A stretch of DNA of 64,000 nucleotides, taken from Leptospira sp. (GTDB lineage: Bacteria; Spirochaetota; Leptospiria; Leptospirales; Leptospiraceae). The translations under genes were made by a program, and so were the position numbers. This document shows, piece by piece, positions 61,361-64,000 of this stretch. The stretch is taken from NCBI GenBank assembly GCA_034439575.1, contig JAWXAQ010000016.1:96001-160000 (forward strand), read 5' to 3'. Within the stretch, counting starts at the first letter, position 1. Each line of letters begins with the position of its first letter. The notes beneath the pieces are model-generated. The model was not told the DNA's origin. It saw only the letters and a program-made list of their open reading frames with translations, and searched no databases.

Positions 61361-62847
61361 TCTTCTGTTTCTCCTACAAAAAACTTCTTCATTAATATTA
61401 ATTTAAAAACACCCCAAGCATCTCTAAGCATAGCACCAAACGTATGCTTTTTGGAATTTACAGGTTTAAAAAAGGATACTGGGATTTCAATGCATCGCAT
61501 ATGACTGCGAACCATTTCAATCATAAGTTCTACCACATATTTATGGTCATGTGTGATTAACTGAGATTTTACTTGGTAATATGATTCTTTCCAAATGGAA
61601 AAAAAATGGCAGTCTGCATCTGTAAAACGGGGTTCTTGGCCCCACCAAAAAACTTCTACTAACTTACCCATAAGTAAATTTACCAAACGATAAAAAGAAC
61701 CTAAATTTGATCCTTGTTCGATCATTTGTCTTGTGGTTCTTGTACCGATCACCATATCAGAATCTTTCATGTATTCTAACAACTTCGGAAAATCTTTAGA
61801 ACGAAATGACCCATCTGGTGATACGACTACAATAATGTCACCTGTAGCTTGTTCGATGCCTTTCCTTACTTGTTCACCAAGCCTAGTCGGATCTCCGTCG
61901 CCTGGGAAGGTATATACCTTAACCTTTTCTTTTTTACAAAGTTCCACTGTTTGATCTGTGGATTCATTATCAATCACCAAAACTTCGTGAAATTTACTTT
62001 TGAAATCCACGATCACATCTGTAATTGATCTTTCATTATTGTTTGTCGGGATTACTAGTGAACATTTAAATTTTGAAAATAAATCGTTTCTGACTTCATA
62101 AACCGCATGATAATAATCTTGCATCGAATTGATGTTAAAGTATTCACAGCTAAGGGTGGTGGCAAATACTCCGCCACTTGACTCTTTCGCCATTTTGTCG
62201 ATCACTTGCGTAATTTCTATGACGCCTGACTTTTGTGATGCGGGAGTTTTTTTGAAAAATTCGAAATATTGTGGTGTAAAAAGATAAGACCCAAGTCCTA
62301 AAATTTGATTTGGTGGATCTTCTGGTTTTTCTACGAGATTTACAATTTTATCACCCGTAAGTTCAACAGAATAATTTTTACGAATGCGAGAAAGTAAGGA
62401 AGTTTTAACAACACCAATGGATGCAGCAAGCTTTGGGTATTGTTTGATGGTTTTTAAAAATTGTTCGTGGTCTGTTTTAAAATAATATTCATCACCTAAT
62501 ATGGTTAAGAAGGGTTCGTGTATGTGTGGTTCAAGGCTTGCAATATCGGAAGCTAAACCTTTTTCAGTCCAAGGTGCCGCTTCGATTACGATCTTTGGTA
62601 ATGCGAGACGTATCGTCTGAATTTCTTCTAAAATTTGTTCCTTAAGATGACCGACAAGGATATAAACCTTTTCCACGCCGAAGGTTTTATAAAGAAGTTC
62701 TACATTACGATGAAGGATACTTTTTCCTTCAATCACGAACAAAGGTTTGGGGATGAAACTTGTCCGAGGGTAGGCTCTCGTTCCTTTTCCAGCGGCGGCA
62801 ATCACCCCAATTCTGATCTTTTTCACGTAAATCGAGGGTCTTGGCAC
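61357..62847 (-). CDS. Sugar-phosphate nucleotidyltransferase fused to a GT2 domain
   Basis: AAGKGTR..PKPL and VEKP; C-terminal IDNESTD, PDGS, DMVIGTR. Confidence 0.85.
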   Translation of the reverse strand: MPRPSIYVKKIRIGVIAAAGKGTRAYPRTSFIPKPLFVIEGKSILHRNVELLYKTFGVEKVYILVGHLKEQILEEIQTIRLALPKIVIEAAPWTEKGLASDIASLEPHIHEPFLTILGDEYYFKTDHEQFLKTIKQYPKLAASIGVVKTSLLSRIRKNYSVELTGDKIVNLVEKPEDPPNQILGLGSYLFTPQYFEFFKKTPASQKSGVIEITQVIDKMAKESSGGVFATTLSCEYFNINSMQDYYHAVYEVRNDLFSKFKCSLVIPTNNNERSITDVIVDFKSKFHEVLVIDNESTDQTVELCKKEKVKVYTFPGDGDPTRLGEQVRKGIEQATGDIIVVVSPDGSFRSKDFPKLLEYMKDSDMVIGTRTTRQMIEQGSNLGSFYRLVNLLMGKLVEVFWWGQEPRFTDADCHFFSIWKESYYQVKSQLITHDHKYVVELMIEMVRSHMRCIEIPVSFFKPVNSKKHTFGAMLRDAWGVFKLILMKKFFVGETEE

Positions 62848-62859
62848 TTAAGTCATTGG

Positions 62860-63534
62860 TCAATCAGAAAAGGTTCGCTTCCAGCGGTAGACATGATAAG
62901 ATTTTCCTTCAATGAACGGCTCAAATTGGCGAAAGGGCGCCCATTTGTTTGCAGTTTTGTCCCAAATTTGAATGGGATTGGTTTGCTTGATTCCGTTCAA
63001 ATGGAATCCCCAAATTCCTTCCCCTTGTTTCGAGTCTGGCAATGGAAACGAAAGGGCCACCGGCTCATCCGAGACTCCCTTAGCAAAAACAGACATTTTG
63101 AGATTTTGTTTTGTGCCAAACAAACTTGACTCGAGGAAAATGCCTGTCTCCATCTCCACCAGAGGGAAAGATAGGTGAGTGCAATCAAATCGACGCACCA
63201 AGCCTTTTTTCTCTTCAAAGGAGGCACTTGCGCGCACTTGGCAAGAATTTGGGCTAAGAACCACTTGGTTTGGTCCACCCTGCTCAATAAAGCCCAGGTA
63301 CAATACTTCTTCCCAGCCTTTCACTTTGTGATAACGCAATTCTTGCGCCTGAAAGGAATCTTTGCTTTTTCCTTTTTTTAATTCCAATCCTACAATTAAA
63401 AACCCATTCTCCGTCGTAACAAAATCAGAAAAATACAAACCATGGAAATCGACGGCAACTAACGGAAATTGGAAAAAAATGCTATGTAAAGAGAGACATA
63501 GTAAGAATCCTTTCCTTGTTAGAGATGAAACCAT
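62860..63534 (-). CDS. Hypothetical exported protein
   Basis: 224-aa ORF with a signal-like N-terminus, heading the glycan gene cluster. Confidence 0.6.
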   Translation of the reverse strand: MVSSLTRKGFLLCLSLHSIFFQFPLVAVDFHGLYFSDFVTTENGFLIVGLELKKGKSKDSFQAQELRYHKVKGWEEVLYLGFIEQGGPNQVVLSPNSCQVRASASFEEKKGLVRRFDCTHLSFPLVEMETGIFLESSLFGTKQNLKMSVFAKGVSDEPVALSFPLPDSKQGEGIWGFHLNGIKQTNPIQIWDKTANKWAPFRQFEPFIEGKSYHVYRWKRTFSD

Positions 63535-63558
63535 ATGATAACCTCATTTCATAAGCAT

Positions 63559-64000
63559 ATGAAAACCTTGCTTATGTCCATCTGTTTCTTAGGTCTGACT
63601 ACCTCTTGTGGTACCTCTGACATTTTTAACCTTCAAAAGGAAAAAGACAATCGCTTACGAGACATAGCTGCCCTTTATTTAATATCCAACGTAGGCAATT
63701 GTGAAACGGGCAATGACATTTGGGCTAGAAATCTCCAAAACCAATCTTCCTATTGTGTGGCAGTTGATTTAGTCAGTGACCAAACAAATGTAATAGTTTA
63801 TAAAGAAAGAAGTCTTTATGTAAATTATGACTTAGTCGCTTTTGCAAAAGAATTCAACGACCAAACCTATCCTAAGTTAGTCTCCGCCTTTGGTGCACCA
63901 TCAGACATAGATAAAAATGGAAAAGTTATCATACTTGTATTAGACGTTCGCGACAATAGCACAACTAACTCTGCTTATGTGGCCGGATACTTTGATCCTG
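63559..64000 (+). CDS. Lipoprotein, M30-like metallopeptidase family (runs off the 3' end; missing from the ORF track)
   Basis: MKTLLMSICFLGLTTS-C ... FGAPSDIDKNGKVIILVLD...YVAGYFDP. Confidence 0.7.
   Translation, partial: MKTLLMSICFLGLTTSCGTSDIFNLQKEKDNRLRDIAALYLISNVGNCETGNDIWARNLQNQSSYCVAVDLVSDQTNVIVYKERSLYVNYDLVAFAKEFNDQTYPKLVSAFGAPSDIDKNGKVIILVLDVRDNSTTNSAYVAGYFDP

Overview
AT-rich bacterial chromosomal DNA. It is most likely a Leptospira species, inferred from spirochaete-type lipoboxes, TIGR04452-like and LipL21-like lipoproteins and the gene content. Bases 1 to about 11,650 are the distal end of a tailed prophage. This part holds a tail-collar/fibre gene, a fibre-assembly chaperone, an unusual putative lysis cassette, and a cargo region with a ParB-domain gene, a SIR2-like gene, a TPR plus RelE-like pair, a 4x23-bp repeat array and lipoproteins. 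The element ends at two inverted dif-like (XerC/XerD) sites at 11528-11557 and 11629-11656, arranged like the folded attP of CTXphi-type Xer-exploiting elements; this is the most striking signal in the window. The rest is host backbone: signalling genes, recCBD, a SulP-carbonic anhydrase fusion, TetR regulators, a CLC-F-type exporter, hrpB, a capD-like gene with a probable 3' frameshift, sspB, htpX, apt, an active/inactive HtrA-like protease pair and a surface-glycan locus. All calls come from reading motifs by eye; no database search was run.
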